A stretch of DNA of 64,000 nt, taken from the IMG/VR virus record IMGVR_UViG_3300025678_000005; one strand, written 5' to 3'. Position numbers and translations under genes: made by a program. Positions within the stretch are counted from its first letter, which is position 1; every line of letters starts with the position of its first letter. This document shows positions 42,534-55,900 of the stretch, one piece after another. Source of the stretch: a virus. Its lineage: Duplodnaviria; Caudoviricetes. Below the pieces are notes generated by a model, which worked only from the letters and a program-made list of their open reading frames with translations, was not told the DNA's origin and made no database searches.

Positions 42534-44259
42534 ATGAAAAAGATTAGAAAAAACATTTTTGAAACTAATAGTAGTAGTACTCATTCTGTTGTTATAAAAG
42601 AAGGAGAGTTTAAAAATTTTCCAAAAAATATTAATTCTTTAAATATAACTACAGATGATTATGGATGGGAAAAGCATACTTATACTGATTTTACAGATAA
42701 AGCTTCCTATGCTTTAACTTATGCAATTAATTATGGTACTAAAAAAGATTTGAAAATGCTTGATAAAATATTAAAAGAGCAGTTGAATATTAAAGATATA
42801 AAATATGATGGCCTTACATTAAAACAAGCATTGAACTATGTTGGAAAAGATTCTAGAAAATTTGGATATATAGATCATCAGAGTGTAGAAGAAGCAAGTA
42901 AAATATTTAAAGATGAAAATAATTTAAAAAGTTTCTTATTTTCAAAAGATTCATAAAATTCGGCTCAAGGAAACCCCGAAGTCTTTAGCTTCTGGGAGGA
43001 ATTGAGCCACTATTCCTTCTTTTGTTGAATTTAACATAATTATTTCTTTCAAATATTTGAATATCTCAAAACTATTTTGTATCTTTGTGGTATGAAATTG
43101 ACCTTGCAGATTAAGCTGCTTCCAACTGTCGAACAAGCCGTGATGCTGAAAAATACGTTCAGCGTTTTTAACGAGGCTTGCAACACTATCTCGCAGATAG
43201 CGTGGGAACGCCATGCGTTCAAGCAGTTCAGTCTGCACAAGGAAGTGTATTATCCCATCAAGGAAACATATCATCTCTCTTCCCAGCTTGTCGTGCGTGC
43301 AATCAGTAAAGTTGCCGATGCGTACAAGCTCGACAGGAAGAAGCAGAGGCACTTTAGGGAGTTCGGGGCTATCACCTACGACAGCCGTGTGCTTTCCTAC
43401 AGCATGTCCAAGTCCGTCTGTTCCATCTCGCTTGTCGGAAGCCGTGAGAAGATAGCATATACCTGCTACCGTCCGCAGCTCATGCAGTATGCAAAAGGGG
43501 AAGCCGACCTCGTTCTTATCAAAGGAAAGTTCTACCTCTACCAAACGATAGATATTCCCGATGAGCATGAGGAGAACGCAGAGGACTTTATCGGTGTCGA
43601 TATGGGCATTACGGACATTGTATCCGTCTCTGACGGCACTAACATTTCCTCTGATGAGGTCAAGAACATACGAAACAGATACAACAAAGTGAGAGCTTCT
43701 GTCCAGTCTAAAGGCACTCGCAACTGTCATAAGTTGCTGAAACGGTTGAAAGGACGTGAGAGAAGATTCGCCACCATTGTGAACCACCGCATCAGCAAGC
43801 AACTCGTAGCAAAGGCAAAGGAAGAGAACAAGGGTATCGCCATTGAGGACTTGAAGAACATCCGATGGGGCATGAACTCCAAGAAACGCAGCAGGACGTT
43901 CCGCAGGAGGAGTAACTCGTGGAACTTCTACCAGCTCCGTTCCTTTATTGAATACAAGTGCAAGGTGGCTGGCATCAAGATTGTCGCCATTCCGCCTGCC
44001 TACACATCGCAGACCTGTCATGAGTGCGGACACATAGGTATTCGCAACGGCAAGCACTTTCACTGCACGCACTGTGGCAATGTAGCAGACGCAGACGTAA
44101 ACGCTGCTCTGAACATCGCCACATGGGGGTATGTAAACACCCATGAAAGATGGGATTTGTTGTCGTGTCCTATACATGATGATTTTTCTACGTCTAAAGC
44201 CCACAAGTCTTTAGCTTGTGGGTAGTTTACATTTTAAAACTGATAATGATAATATGTAA
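42534..44259 (+). CDS. FETNSSSTHS-motif protein 1, interrupted near its C-terminus by an IS
   Basis: IS removal restores ..FSKDS-YFKTDNDNM*; also carries GYIDHQS. Confidence 0.75.
43056..43087 (+). promoter_or_regulatory. Bacteroidota-type promoter of tnpB
   Basis: TTTG-N20-TATCTTTG. Confidence 0.6.
43092..44225 (+). CDS. tnpB: RNA-guided endonuclease TnpB
   Basis: RuvC GVDMG, IEDL, DADVNAA; zinc finger CHEC..CTHC. Confidence 0.93.
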   Translation: MKLTLQIKLLPTVEQAVMLKNTFSVFNEACNTISQIAWERHAFKQFSLHKEVYYPIKETYHLSSQLVVRAISKVADAYKLDRKKQRHFREFGAITYDSRVLSYSMSKSVCSISLVGSREKIAYTCYRPQLMQYAKGEADLVLIKGKFYLYQTIDIPDEHEENAEDFIGVDMGITDIVSVSDGTNISSDEVKNIRNRYNKVRASVQSKGTRNCHKLLKRLKGRERRFATIVNHRISKQLVAKAKEENKGIAIEDLKNIRWGMNSKKRSRTFRRRSNSWNFYQLRSFIEYKCKVAGIKIVAIPPAYTSQTCHECGHIGIRNGKHFHCTHCGNVADADVNAALNIATWGYVNTHERWDLLSCPIHDDFSTSKAHKSLACG

Positions 44260-44538
44260 ACGAAAAAAATTAGAATTGGATTATTTGAAACTAATAGCAG
44301 CAGTACGCATTCTATTATTATATGTACTGATGAAGAATTAGATAAATGGAAAAAGGGAGAGATTTTACGTGGATATTATGAAGGCTTTGTACCTTATTCT
44401 GAGGATTTGGATAAAGATGAATATTTTACATATGATGAATATATAAAATATAGAGAAGAAGAAGTTTATGAAAATAAATATATTACTAAAAATGGAGAAG
44501 TTTTACATATAATTTGTAAATATGGATATGATGGATAA
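44260..44538 (+). CDS. FETNSSSTHS-motif protein 2 (ACG at the start position)
   Basis: Unlisted 92-codon frame KKIRIGLFETNSSSTHSIII..CKYGYDG. Confidence 0.7.
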   Translation, partial: TKKIRIGLFETNSSSTHSIIICTDEELDKWKKGEILRGYYEGFVPYSEDLDKDEYFTYDEYIKYREEEVYENKYITKNGEVLHIICKYGYDG

Positions 44539-45424
44539 TATATTATATAAATATAATAATGGTAATACTACAGTTACTATTTATGATGATGGCACAAAGA
44601 TAAGGGAGTATGAAGATACTCCCTGTGTCATTTTTCCAGAATCAATAGATTTAAAAATAACTAATTCATGTAATATGAATTGTGCTTTTTGTCATGAATC
44701 ATCTACTAAAGATGGGGCACATGCAAATATTGATAAACTTAAACAAACATTAAATGATCTTCCCGCTGGAATTGAAATAGCTATAGGCGGTGGAAATATA
44801 TTTGAATATCCAGATTTAATAGAATTTTTAACTTGGTGTAAATATAAAGGATTTATTTGTAACATTACAATTAATCAAAAACATTTAAAGAAAAATCTTT
44901 CACAATTAAAATATTTAATTGAAGAAGATCTAGTTAAAGGAATAGGTGTATCTATTAATGGTAATGATTTCAATTCATTAAAAGAATTAAAATCTAAGAG
45001 CAAACATGTTGTTTATCATTTAATTGCAGGGATTCATAAACCAGATATTTTGGATAAATTAAATAAATTAGGTAATTGTAAAGTATTAATACTTGGCTAT
45101 AAACAATTTGGAAGAGGTATAAACTATTATTCTGATGAAGTAATAAAAAATATAAATGAATGGAAAATAAAATTACCAGCATATTTTGGAAAATTTCTAA
45201 TTGCTTTTGATAATTTAGCTTTAAAGCAATTAGATGTAAAATCTATGCTTCCAGAAAAAGTTTGGGATAGTTGTTTTATGGGAGAAGATTTTACTTTTAC
45301 AATGTATGTAGATGGCGTAAAAGAACAATATGCGCCTACAAGTAGTAGTAGCAATAGAACATCTTTTAGTGAAATGACTCTATTAGATTATTTCGTAAAA
45401 CATAAAAATAAAATATCATTTTAA
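44531..45424 (+). CDS. Radical SAM protein
   Basis: CNMNCAFC motif, IAIGGG. Confidence 0.9.
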   Translation: MDNILYKYNNGNTTVTIYDDGTKIREYEDTPCVIFPESIDLKITNSCNMNCAFCHESSTKDGAHANIDKLKQTLNDLPAGIEIAIGGGNIFEYPDLIEFLTWCKYKGFICNITINQKHLKKNLSQLKYLIEEDLVKGIGVSINGNDFNSLKELKSKSKHVVYHLIAGIHKPDILDKLNKLGNCKVLILGYKQFGRGINYYSDEVIKNINEWKIKLPAYFGKFLIAFDNLALKQLDVKSMLPEKVWDSCFMGEDFTFTMYVDGVKEQYAPTSSSSNRTSFSEMTLLDYFVKHKNKISF

Positions 45425-45739
45425 AATAAGATAGGCATAAGAATTTTAAATAATTCAATAAATAATAATTAATTTATGACAAAAGTCTTTGAATATAAAG
45501 GATTAAGATTTATAGAAGTTGCTCCAAATATCTTTCATAGTGTCGATTTTGGAGATAAACTTATTTATGAATATAAAGAGAATAAATATTATTTAATTAA
45601 AGATGAAAGAATAAGCGAAGTAATATCTTTGGAAGAATGTAATGGGAATCCTAATAGTATCTTTAATAATGATTATTGGTGGAAATAACTTACATAATAG
45701 AGCAAATAATAATATAACAATTATATTTTTTAAATAATA

Positions 45740-46825
45740 ATGAGCAAAATAAATGCAAAAATAGTAGCAGATTCTTTAAGCATTCATGGAGACAGACTGA
45801 CTACACTTCTTATTACTTTTCCAAGATTCATATTAGCAGAGGTGAACACTCATAGAATGTTAAGTAAAAACACATCCTCTTCAAGGGCAATTCCATTTGA
45901 AAAAATGATACAATCTGTAGAGAAAGATCCTTTTATTCCAATTGCTTGGCAAAAAGACCATAAAGGAATGCAGGGAACTGCATATTATGATGAAAATGAA
46001 AGTAATATATGTAAAGAAAAATGGTTAAAAACCAGAGATTTAACAATAGGACAGGCTAAATTTTTACATGATATAGGAATTACAAAACAAATTTGTAATA
46101 GACTTCTTGAGCCTTATATGTGGACTACTATGCTAATAACAGGTAGTGGAGAAGGATGGAAAAATTTTTTTAAATTAAGATGTCCACAGTATTATATAAC
46201 AGACAATCAAAAAGAACCTTATGCTAAAAGCTGGAAAGAATTACTATTATATCATAGTGATGATAAATACACACAGATTATTAAAAATAATCAAGAAAAT
46301 ACATTATTTAAATTAAAACATAATAATGGAAAAGCAGAAATTCATATGATGACTTTAGCAGAGAGTATATATGATTCTATGGTAAATAGTACTCCAAAGC
46401 AATTAAAACCAGGAGAATGGCATATTCCATTTTATGAACAGATGAATGAAACTAAATTATTTATACTTGCTGATCAAATAAATAAAAAAGAGCAGACAGA
46501 TTTATGTTCAGATCCTATTTTAAATAAAGAATTTACAGCAATTAAAGTTTCTATCGCAATGGCTGCGAGGACTTCTTATACTTTGATAGGAGATGAAAAA
46601 GAATTAGATTATGAGAAGTTAAATTCTTTATATGAAAAATTATTGAATCAATATCCTCCACACTCTTCTCCATTTGAACACTGTTGTCAATGTTTAACAG
46701 AAGAAGAATATAATTCTAGTTTTAAAACAGTTGGATTTAAATATGGAAAAGCAATTACTGAAAAAGGATGGGTAAATAATTATCATGGGTTCAAATCTTA
46801 TAGAAGTATTATAGAAAATTATTAG
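45740..46825 (+). CDS. thyX: Flavin-dependent thymidylate synthase
   Basis: THRMLSKNTSSSRA, NRLLEP, LR, ARTSY, HSSPFEH. Confidence 0.8.
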   Translation: MSKINAKIVADSLSIHGDRLTTLLITFPRFILAEVNTHRMLSKNTSSSRAIPFEKMIQSVEKDPFIPIAWQKDHKGMQGTAYYDENESNICKEKWLKTRDLTIGQAKFLHDIGITKQICNRLLEPYMWTTMLITGSGEGWKNFFKLRCPQYYITDNQKEPYAKSWKELLLYHSDDKYTQIIKNNQENTLFKLKHNNGKAEIHMMTLAESIYDSMVNSTPKQLKPGEWHIPFYEQMNETKLFILADQINKKEQTDLCSDPILNKEFTAIKVSIAMAARTSYTLIGDEKELDYEKLNSLYEKLLNQYPPHSSPFEHCCQCLTEEEYNSSFKTVGFKYGKAITEKGWVNNYHGFKSYRSIIENY

Positions 46826-47419
46826 AAATTATAATAAAAATTTAAATTATAAAATAACATGACTAAAGAAGAATTTGTAAAATTTATAAATAATTTTAAA
46901 AAATTTCATGAATATGTAAATAATTATGAAATGTTTGGAATTGATTTAAATCATGAAAAAAATCCTATCTATTCTACAGTTTGTGAAATGTTTGAATTAA
47001 TAATTAATTCTGAATATACTTCTATTGGCGTTGACATACTATATTGGTATGTATATGGAACAAAATTTGGTGAAAAGATTTATCCTACATATATTAAAGA
47101 AAGTCACAATAAGATAACTGTAGAAGATATTTATGATGAACTAGAACAATATAGGAAATAAAATGTCAAAAGCGAAATTTAAATTTCGACACAATCGCTG
47201 GGAAATGATTTGTTCAAAATGCAGTAAATTTATTAAAGATGAGAATTTCTTTACAGATGATGAATGGTTGGCTGTTCACGGTGAAATAAAATTACCAGCA
47301 CAATACTGTGATGAATGTTTGGAAAAAATGGAGAAAGATGATTAAATTATAATTTTTCATCTAATTAATAATTAAATAGACAAATTGAAATAGTTTTTAT
47401 ATAAGTTTTTACATCACCA

Positions 47420-47458
47420 AGGGATATGCATTATATTGTGCATATCCCTATTTTTTTT
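47420..47458 (+). terminator. Intrinsic terminator ending the early/replication block
   Basis: AGGGATATGCA/TGCATATCCCT hairpin plus T8. Confidence 0.8.
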
Positions 47459-47489
47459 GCTATCGCTTTTTATTTAAAAATAAAGTTAT

Positions 47490-47497
47490 TAACTTTG
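47490..47497 (+). promoter_or_regulatory. Bacteroidota -7 promoter element
   Basis: TAACTTTG upstream of ATG 47541. Confidence 0.5.
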
Positions 47498-47540
47498 CAA
47501 GTTAGTTTAAATTATAATAATATTAATTATTAACAATTCT

Positions 47541-48140
47541 ATGTTAGAAGCAGAATATAAATACAATTTAGAAAAATTGTATGATCCAGAATATATTAGT
47601 GATTATTACGCTAATAATAATGTACAAAGTAAAAGTTCTTTATTAAGAGAATATTTAGCAAATTCTAAAAAATCTGATGTTCCAATATCAGAACGAATTA
47701 AAAGTTTTATAACCTTTAAGGAAAAATCTAAACCAATAACAATCAGTAATAAAGTAAAAGAAGCTATGGATTTTTTTATACAGAAAGGACTTACTAAGGA
47801 ACAGGCAGCTGGAATATTGGGTAATCTTCAGGTAGAATCGAATTTAAATACTACAGCATGGGGTGATAATAATACATCTTATGGTATAGCGCAATGAAAT
47901 AAAGACAGGTTGGATGGTTTACATGCATTTTCAAAAATTAGAAATAAACCTACACACGATTTTCAAACACAACTTGAATATATTTGGCACGAATTAAATA
48001 CTACAGAAAGAGCAGCACTTGATGAATTACTTAAGACTAATAATCCAGTAGATGCTGCTCGTGTATTTGCTAAAAAATTTGAAAGAATGAAAGAGTATAA
48101 TCCAAAACGTGAAATATACGCTAAAATGTTTAACGCCTAG
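47541..48140 (+). CDS. Phage tail lysozyme-domain protein (TGA=Trp at 47895)
   Basis: AAGILGNLQVES..YGIAQ[TGA]NKDR..QLEYIWHEL..FER. Confidence 0.85.
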
Positions 48141-51100
48141 CCATAGGATTTGGTACTAATTCCATAAAGTTCAAATTTGATCTAATAAAACTTTCAACTG
48201 ATCCGTTTCCAGAAAAAACATCCTTAACAGAATCTATAGTATCTGATAAAGTACTTATAAATACTGGAGTTGTTTGTATATCTCCTAATAGAGAAAATGG
48301 ATTAAATTCCTTTGTCGATCTCATTAAGATTTTACAAGCCATTCTTTCGTATTGATCCATCTGACTATAGTTTGTTTTTCCAGTAATTAAATCTTTATTT
48401 TTAAATATTAAAATACCAAGTAATATATTAATTAACATTATAATTAAATCATGTAACATTAATTTCGCATTATTAAGTCTATGTGGTTCTATTTCTTTTA
48501 ATGATTTTCCAGTAGCAAGCTCCCTTATTGTTATACCAAAAGAATACATTAATCCTTCAAAAGGATCTCCAACTCATTCTCAATCTGGTGAATAAGCATC
48601 TCCAGGTTTTAATTCTGTTTCTGGTATTTCAAGTCTATATTCTTGTCCATTTTCATCTGTTTCATACTTTACATAATATAGTACTTTTTTACCATTTACC
48701 ATTTTAAACTTCTGTTGCATATGGCCTCTTTTTGTTTTTGTAGGTTTACCAAAATAATATCTTATCTTGGCTGGCCAGAAAGTCATAAATTGACCAAAAA
48801 ATATACCAAGTGGTAAATGCTTTATAAGAGGACTTCTATCATAGTCATAATATCCATACGCCAATTCTGTAAAAGTTTTTATACTTTCTCTTTCAAGATT
48901 CATATATGGTTCTGAAATTAGATCTTCTTCTTTATATGTTTTATCGTTTTTAAAAATAGCTTGTTTATTAAAATAATCAATATAAGTTTTGTATAATGCT
49001 CTTTGTGTATTATATTTTTTATCAGTTGGATGATCTTTCATTCCATATTTTTTTCTCATTTGAAAATAATATGAAAATCTTTCATCCTTTGTTACATCAT
49101 AAACTAAATTACCATCTTTATCTAAAGAATATGCTTGGTAAACACCATCTTTTATTAATTTTGAAAGAAATAATGCTAATCTATTGATATAGTCTGGAGC
49201 TGTATTACTCCAATACATAAAATCACTAATGAAATTTAATCCTCTTCTATCTATCTTTGTTTTATCAACTATCTGATTCATATCTCTATTTGCAATTCTA
49301 AAATAATTATTTAACTCATTAACTAAAGCATAATCCTTTTTTGATAATAATAATTTATAGGCCTGTGTTAAATATCTTCCAGAAAAACTATCATCACCAT
49401 ATACTTTTGATCAGGCATAAGAAGTATTCTTTATAGTACCAACTACTAATTCTTTAATTGCCATGGCTGGTCTTATAGCTAAAACCATAAAACTTACTCC
49501 TTTTTGCAATAGCCTTATATAGCTAAATAAATCTTCATATTCTTTTCCTTTTATTGGAGACACATTATATATTGATACTTTAATCTGTTCCATTGTAGTG
49601 TTTAATAATTTTTCAACTTCTTCAATATGACCAGTTTGATACCCATAAAATCGCAAATTTTGCATTGCTGCATTAATATATGGAAGTACTTCATTAAAAT
49701 ATTTTTCTTTAATAGATTCAAATATATATTTTAATAAAATAGTATCTAAGTTAATTTCTCAATGTCCAACACTATATCTTGTTAATAGATAATCCCTAAA
49801 TTCTTTATCTTCCTGACTTTTGAATCTATTGTAAATTTTCTTTAGGCCATTTATAGCATTCATTGAACCAATATATTGTAATTCTTTTTCTGCTTCTTCA
49901 GGAGTTTCTTGTTTTATATCCAATATATTTAATGCATTTTCTTTAATATTTCCAACCATTTTTCTAAATCCATCTGTAGTCAAAGTTTTTAATTCACTTA
50001 AATTCATTCTTGGAATAAGAGGAATTTTTAATAAATTTTCAATTTCTCCAGAAGCAAGCATTTGTTTTAGTTCTTCTGATTTTTCAAACTTTTCAAATGT
50101 ATCTAATTCTTGATTTGAGCCATCTCTATATAAATAAAACAGATGTATATATTGTTTTAAATATTTTCTTTGTTCTGGAGTTAAAGCTGTTTCTTTTGAT
50201 CATGGATTTTTTAACTTAAATTCTGAATCCAATTTATTACCGTCATGTTCATAAAATGGACTGTAGAATCTATCTGCATCACCAATAAACGTTTTTTCAA
50301 GCCAGGGTCTTCCCATTTCTTTATACATTGCATTTGTTAAATTAATAACTTTATTTTTTTCTTTTAAATAAATACTACTAATTTTATCCTGAGTAAGATT
50401 TCTAACATCGTATATTTGGTTCAAATATTCTGATTGAACAGCATCAGTTGTTGCAAGTTTCATTCCCTGGAACATTCCAACTGTAGGAATTTTTATATTT
50501 GTATCTTTTACTTCTCCAAATAATCAGCTTTTTAACATGTGTGTAAAATCACCTTTTGTCATACCATACTCATTTACGCCAGTTTCAAACTCTCCATTGA
50601 TTCCTATAAAATGAGATATTCCTCCACTTACTAATGCATATAGATAAACAATAGGATCGCTAAAATCAGTAATTTTAGTTGGATCTATTTTATTCAAATG
50701 GCCATATGTTTCTAAAAGTTTATCACTTAGTTGAGTTAATAATTTTATTTTTTCATTATTTGTTGATGGATTGTCAAATTGCTCCATACTAAAATAAGCA
50801 TTTAATGCATCATTATTTATAGTTCTTAATGCATCTAATATTTCTTGATATAATATTTCCATATAATCTGCTACTTTAATTTTTTTATTAGCAAAATTAT
50901 TTTCTATATTTATATCATCCTTTATTTCTTTTAGAAGCAAATCGAAATTATAAAAGGCATTTTCCAAATTATTAGATCAGTCTGGTGTTCCAGAGGAAAT
51001 ATCCAATACTTTTATATTTCCAAGTTTATATCCATATAACACATCTGGCATAGCATTTAATACAGTCAAAGTTTTTAAAATTTCTATATGTGAACTTGTA

Positions 51101-52989
51101 GCGTTTCATATTTTTGGATCTCTATTTAAATCTGAATCTCTATAAAATTTACCAAGTACTTTAGTTCCAAGACCAAGATTGTTAATTTGTCTTAAATTAT
51201 TAATTGTTAATGTTACAACTTCTACCTGTAATGTCTTATTATTGCGAAAAACAAGTGTGCCATTTGCTAATAAAGCAGGTCTATTTGTAATTAATTCTCA
51301 ATCTCCACTTAAGTATTTTTGAAAAGTAGTATTTAGACCATCATAAATAAGTCCTTTTATATTTAATTTTCCAGTTTTTTTTCCTTTATTTATTTCTTTA
51401 ATTATATCCTGTACAGCTGTATCTTTTTTAGCATTTAATAATTCTACGTATTCGGCAACTCTTTTTCTAAATCTTTCTACGCCTTCTTCGGTGTTGGGCT
51501 CTTCAATATATTCACCAGTTAATCTATTCAAAAGTTTAATTGTTTGTCTTCCTTCGGCCCTATGTTTAGCTTTTGTTATTAAAAATTCTATATCTTCTAT
51601 TTTACGTTTTGTCCTGAAATTATAAGTAGGAAACATTGCAGATAATGTTTTTTGTATATTACTTATTATTACAGTACTTTCTTCTGGGTTATCTTTAACT
51701 TTTACAGGAATTAATTTTCTAAGCGTTTGTGTGACAATTCCATTTTCATCAAGGCCAGATGGTTTATATGCATAAGAAGAACTTCTTTCATTTACCTCTC
51801 CAATATAAAATTTATCTGCCATTATCAATCCATCTCTATTTACTGGAAAAATTGCTGGTAATATGTATAATGATATAAGTTGTGGATTAATTTCTGGTGG
51901 CAGCAAATCCTCTAGTAATCTCCTTGATATACCAAGTTTATAGTCAGTTCTTAGAATTTTTGCTGAGTCTCAATCTGTAATATTATTTCTAGAAACTCTT
52001 ACATCATAAATGCTGGGAATTCCATCACTGTTTATAGATAAGTAAGAGATTGGAGATGATATTCCTGTTGCATTTTCTATAGGTAATTGTCTATTTAACC
52101 AAACATCTGCTTCAAATTTTTCAGTAGAATTTAAAACAGTTTGTTTATATCATTTTTGTATCTGTTCTTTTATATTTTGTGATATATTTACTTTTTCTTT
52201 TTCTGTAAAACTAAAGTCATGTTTTATTAATTTATTATAATTCTCTACAGTTTTTATAATTTTTTCTATAGAATTATCAATAGAAAATTTAGGATTCTTT
52301 TTTATATAATTTTGTAAAATATCATTAACTATTATTTGTAAAGACACCATTATATTTGAAGTCTTTAATTCCAGGTCTACTTCTTCTGTTGCCCTTCTAA
52401 GCGCTTCTTCTGGATCAGACTCATTTAAATCCTTATATTTTGTATTAAGTAAATCATTTATAGCTTCTTTCTTATAGTTTTCATCATTAAAAACAGGAGC
52501 AAGTAATTTTGGATTTTCACCATCTATTATATGTTCCATTTTTAAAAATTGACTATCAATAATAAAGTTCTTACTATATGGTACATTATTTTTCTTAATT
52601 TCTTCTCATACTCTATCCTGTATAGAATTTTCTTTAATATCAAATTTCAAGACAGTATGTTTTTTATTTTCCAATCATTCTTTAAACTGTTTAATATCTT
52701 CTTCTGATCCCAATATATATTTATTAAATGGTGTATATGAAATACCTTCATTAATATCATGTTCTTTTGGATCTAAATTAGGAAATTTGCTGTCTATAAA
52801 ATCAATATATTGTTCAAGTGTTCCAATACCTTTTATTTTTTCATCGTATATAGGTAATATATAATCATTTATAACATTTCCAGGTATTGAATGTATATAA
52901 TGAGCCTTTATAAAATCAGAAAGTTCTTTATCAGATTCATAAGTAAATTCATTATTTCCATCTTTTAAAAAATATTTGCATTTATCCAT
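48130..52989 (-). CDS. Giant virion/cargo protein, 1619 aa with TGA=Trp
   Basis: Nine listed ORF fragments share one frame and are broken by TGA; ends in TAA. Confidence 0.82.
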
Positions 52990-52990
52990 A

Positions 52991-55900
52991 TTAGTAATTA
53001 CATTTTTGTTCTAATTTTTTTTCATCTATTAGTTTTTGTATAATGTCTGCTACAGTAAACATTTCATAAGAACTATTAAAATCTATTAATGATTCTTCTC
53101 CATCAATCAATTTTGAACCAAAATTGGTTAATACATCATAAATAGAAGTTTTCATTAATCCATTTACATCTTCTCAGTCCAGGTTCTCTTCAAGGTTTAA
53201 CATATCAGAAATTGTATCTTTAATTGTAGTGTTAAAACCGTCATCTGAAAATACTCCATCACTTTTAATATTTTTATTAAAAGTTAATGTAAATAATTTA
53301 ATAAAGCTTTCTTCTAAAGCTTCGGCATTAATCATATTGCCAGCAACTTCTTTGAATATTGGATGATATTGTACAGAATTAATGATTCTATAATACATAT
53401 CAGAATTTCTAGCTTTCATTGTAGCCAAAATAACATGGAGTAGTTCATGGAGAGGGTCTGTTATTCTAGCTTTATCAAGATTAATGTATATTTCATCAAA
53501 AGTAGTAAAAGAAGATGCTTGATATACCTTTGGATTATTAAATCTTTCAAGATCGCTATTCTTTATTAAGTTTATTTTTATATTAAATTTTTCAGATAAA
53601 TAATTACTAAAGTTTACAAGAAACTCATAACTACTAGATTTAACATTTATTTTAGTTTCTTCTTTTTCAATATTATTTTTATATTTAGATATAAATTCAT
53701 AAGTATTTATTGCCCATTTTGGAGTAAAAATTCCTTTAATATTTAAATCTGTATATTCATCTAATATAACAGTTTCTCCTTTTACATATCTAAATTCACC
53801 ATTTCCATTTGGTATTTTAGTATACGAATATTTTGTTGCCACTAAAGCATTTTTTAAAATTTTTTCTACAACTAGAACATTCTTACCTAAAGAAATAAAA
53901 CTTCCAGGAATTATTTTATATAGTTCATTTGAGCGCAACATTTTAATAAAATTCTCTTTAGACATTTCAACAAAATTAGTATTTAAAGAATCTTTTTTAT
54001 AATAATTATTTGTTGCTATAGCATATAATTTGTCTGGTATATTTTCTCATTTATATCTATCCTGCATTAATTTTTTATATTCCTGTGTAATATCTTTATA
54101 TCCTTTTTCTGCTATATTAGATTCAATTGGATTAACGTTTGCTGGTAAAATAAATATGAAATTATTTGGATTTTTATATACTTTTACTTCTACATAAGAT
54201 TTACTTTGTACTTGTGGTTCTCTAAATACTTCTATTCTTGATTTTTGAATGCTTAAATTAGCAAAAGACTCATTAAGTCTTTTTGTAAATAGAATATAAT
54301 TATGTAATGAATTTCTATCTATATTAAAATATCTAAATGTGTTATCACTCATTTTTACAACTGTCTTTATGTAAAAATGTTTTATACCATTTATCAAATT
54401 ATATCCAGAACCAATAACTTTATATAGCAATTTAGTTTCTGGATTATACAATATGTCATCAGACAATATTGTAGAATAGTTATTTAAGTCTGATACATTA
54501 AATGTTAAATTATTTAACCTATCATAATCTTTTTCTAAAATAGATTGTACAGACTTATTATTTTTTAGAATATTGTTTATATAATAAGATATATTAATTA
54601 AATCATCATTGTTTATAATATTCTGGTTTGTATTTCTTGGTATTTCTGTTCCAACAATATTATATTGACTGGTAACTCCAAGCTTGTAACCTTCGTCGTC
54701 TTTATATATATATAAGAATTTATTTGTAACAAACTCATTTCCAATAATTAATCCTATGAATTTAGAATTTCCTATTGATATAAGTGCACGTTCTCCAATT
54801 GTTGGAGTCTTATAATTCATATCTATATTTTCTTCTAATAATTCTAAATTTGGTACTGGTAACTTTATATTCTTGATTTCATCTATTCTTAAGGATTTAT
54901 TATTATCTAATACAATTATAGAACCTCTAATTTCTTTAATTTTATAATCTTTATGATCCAAAGTTACAAGAATATTATTATTTTTTAACAAATTCAATAT
55001 ATGTTTATATGAAACAGATTTGAAGTGTTTATGTAATGAAATTGGTATTTTTTCAGATTTAGTATATGAATAATTATTATATATTTCATCTGTATATACC
55101 ATAGCTTCTACTGAATTACTATTTGTATTAATAGATAATTTATTGTCTATAGTATAAATATATTCTGAAGCAATTCTATTACGTAAAAATAAATTTCCTG
55201 TTTGTGTATTTTGTCCCAATGTTCTTATAATATATTTTCCATCAGAATCAATATAACTATCATAGAATAATTCGTATCAATCAGTTGCATTTGGATTTGA
55301 AATTTTATCAGGATTTGGTATTAATACAAGATCTCCCTGCTTTAAATCAAGTATATTTATTCTTGATTTTGGTAAATGTTTTGAAAGACGTTCTTCATTA
55401 TCTATATATTTAAATTTATTTCAAGTATCGTGTAAAGACAGCCTTTCAGTATTAATACTTCTATCCTCATTTATTGATTTAACTACACTGCGATAATAAG
55501 CAGTATAGATTATTTTTTTTAAATCATTGGTTTTTTCTTCATCCTTTGTTTTAATAATTGATTCCAAATACTTATCGGCCATTAATTTATCTTCCTCTTT
55601 TTCTGAATTTACAAGCTCTCTAAAATTTATTTCTCCGAAAGCATTATATAACGCCAATTCAACCAATGCAATGATATTGTTATCTGTACTGTTCATATAA
55701 TTTAAATTGAAAAATATATGACCTTTATAGAATGAAGTTGGGACGTTCTCTTCTCCAAAACCAGCAATAACATTATTTGTTTTTCAATCAACACCGATAT
55801 TTAAAAGTCGTAATAATCCAGATTCTCTTGGAGATAATTGTTTTACAAGTTCACCTGGACTATATACTCCTACAGTGTTTTCATTTATATCATTTAAATT

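Larger units (their letters stand above)
42955..44230 (+). mobile_element. IS200/IS605-family TnpB-only element
   Basis: GC shift; subterminal hairpins CCCGAAG-TCTTTAG-CTTCTGGG and CCCACAAG-TCTTTAG-CTTGTGGG; inserted after TTCAT; no target duplication (1-nt junction ambiguity). Confidence 0.88.

Noticed and set aside
42951-44204. 417-aa minus-strand ORF
   Set aside because: Antisense shadow of the GC-richer tnpB; no recognisable motifs
1025-45354. Short minus-strand ORFs in the + strand gene block
   Set aside because: They overlap well-supported + strand genes and look like antisense artefacts
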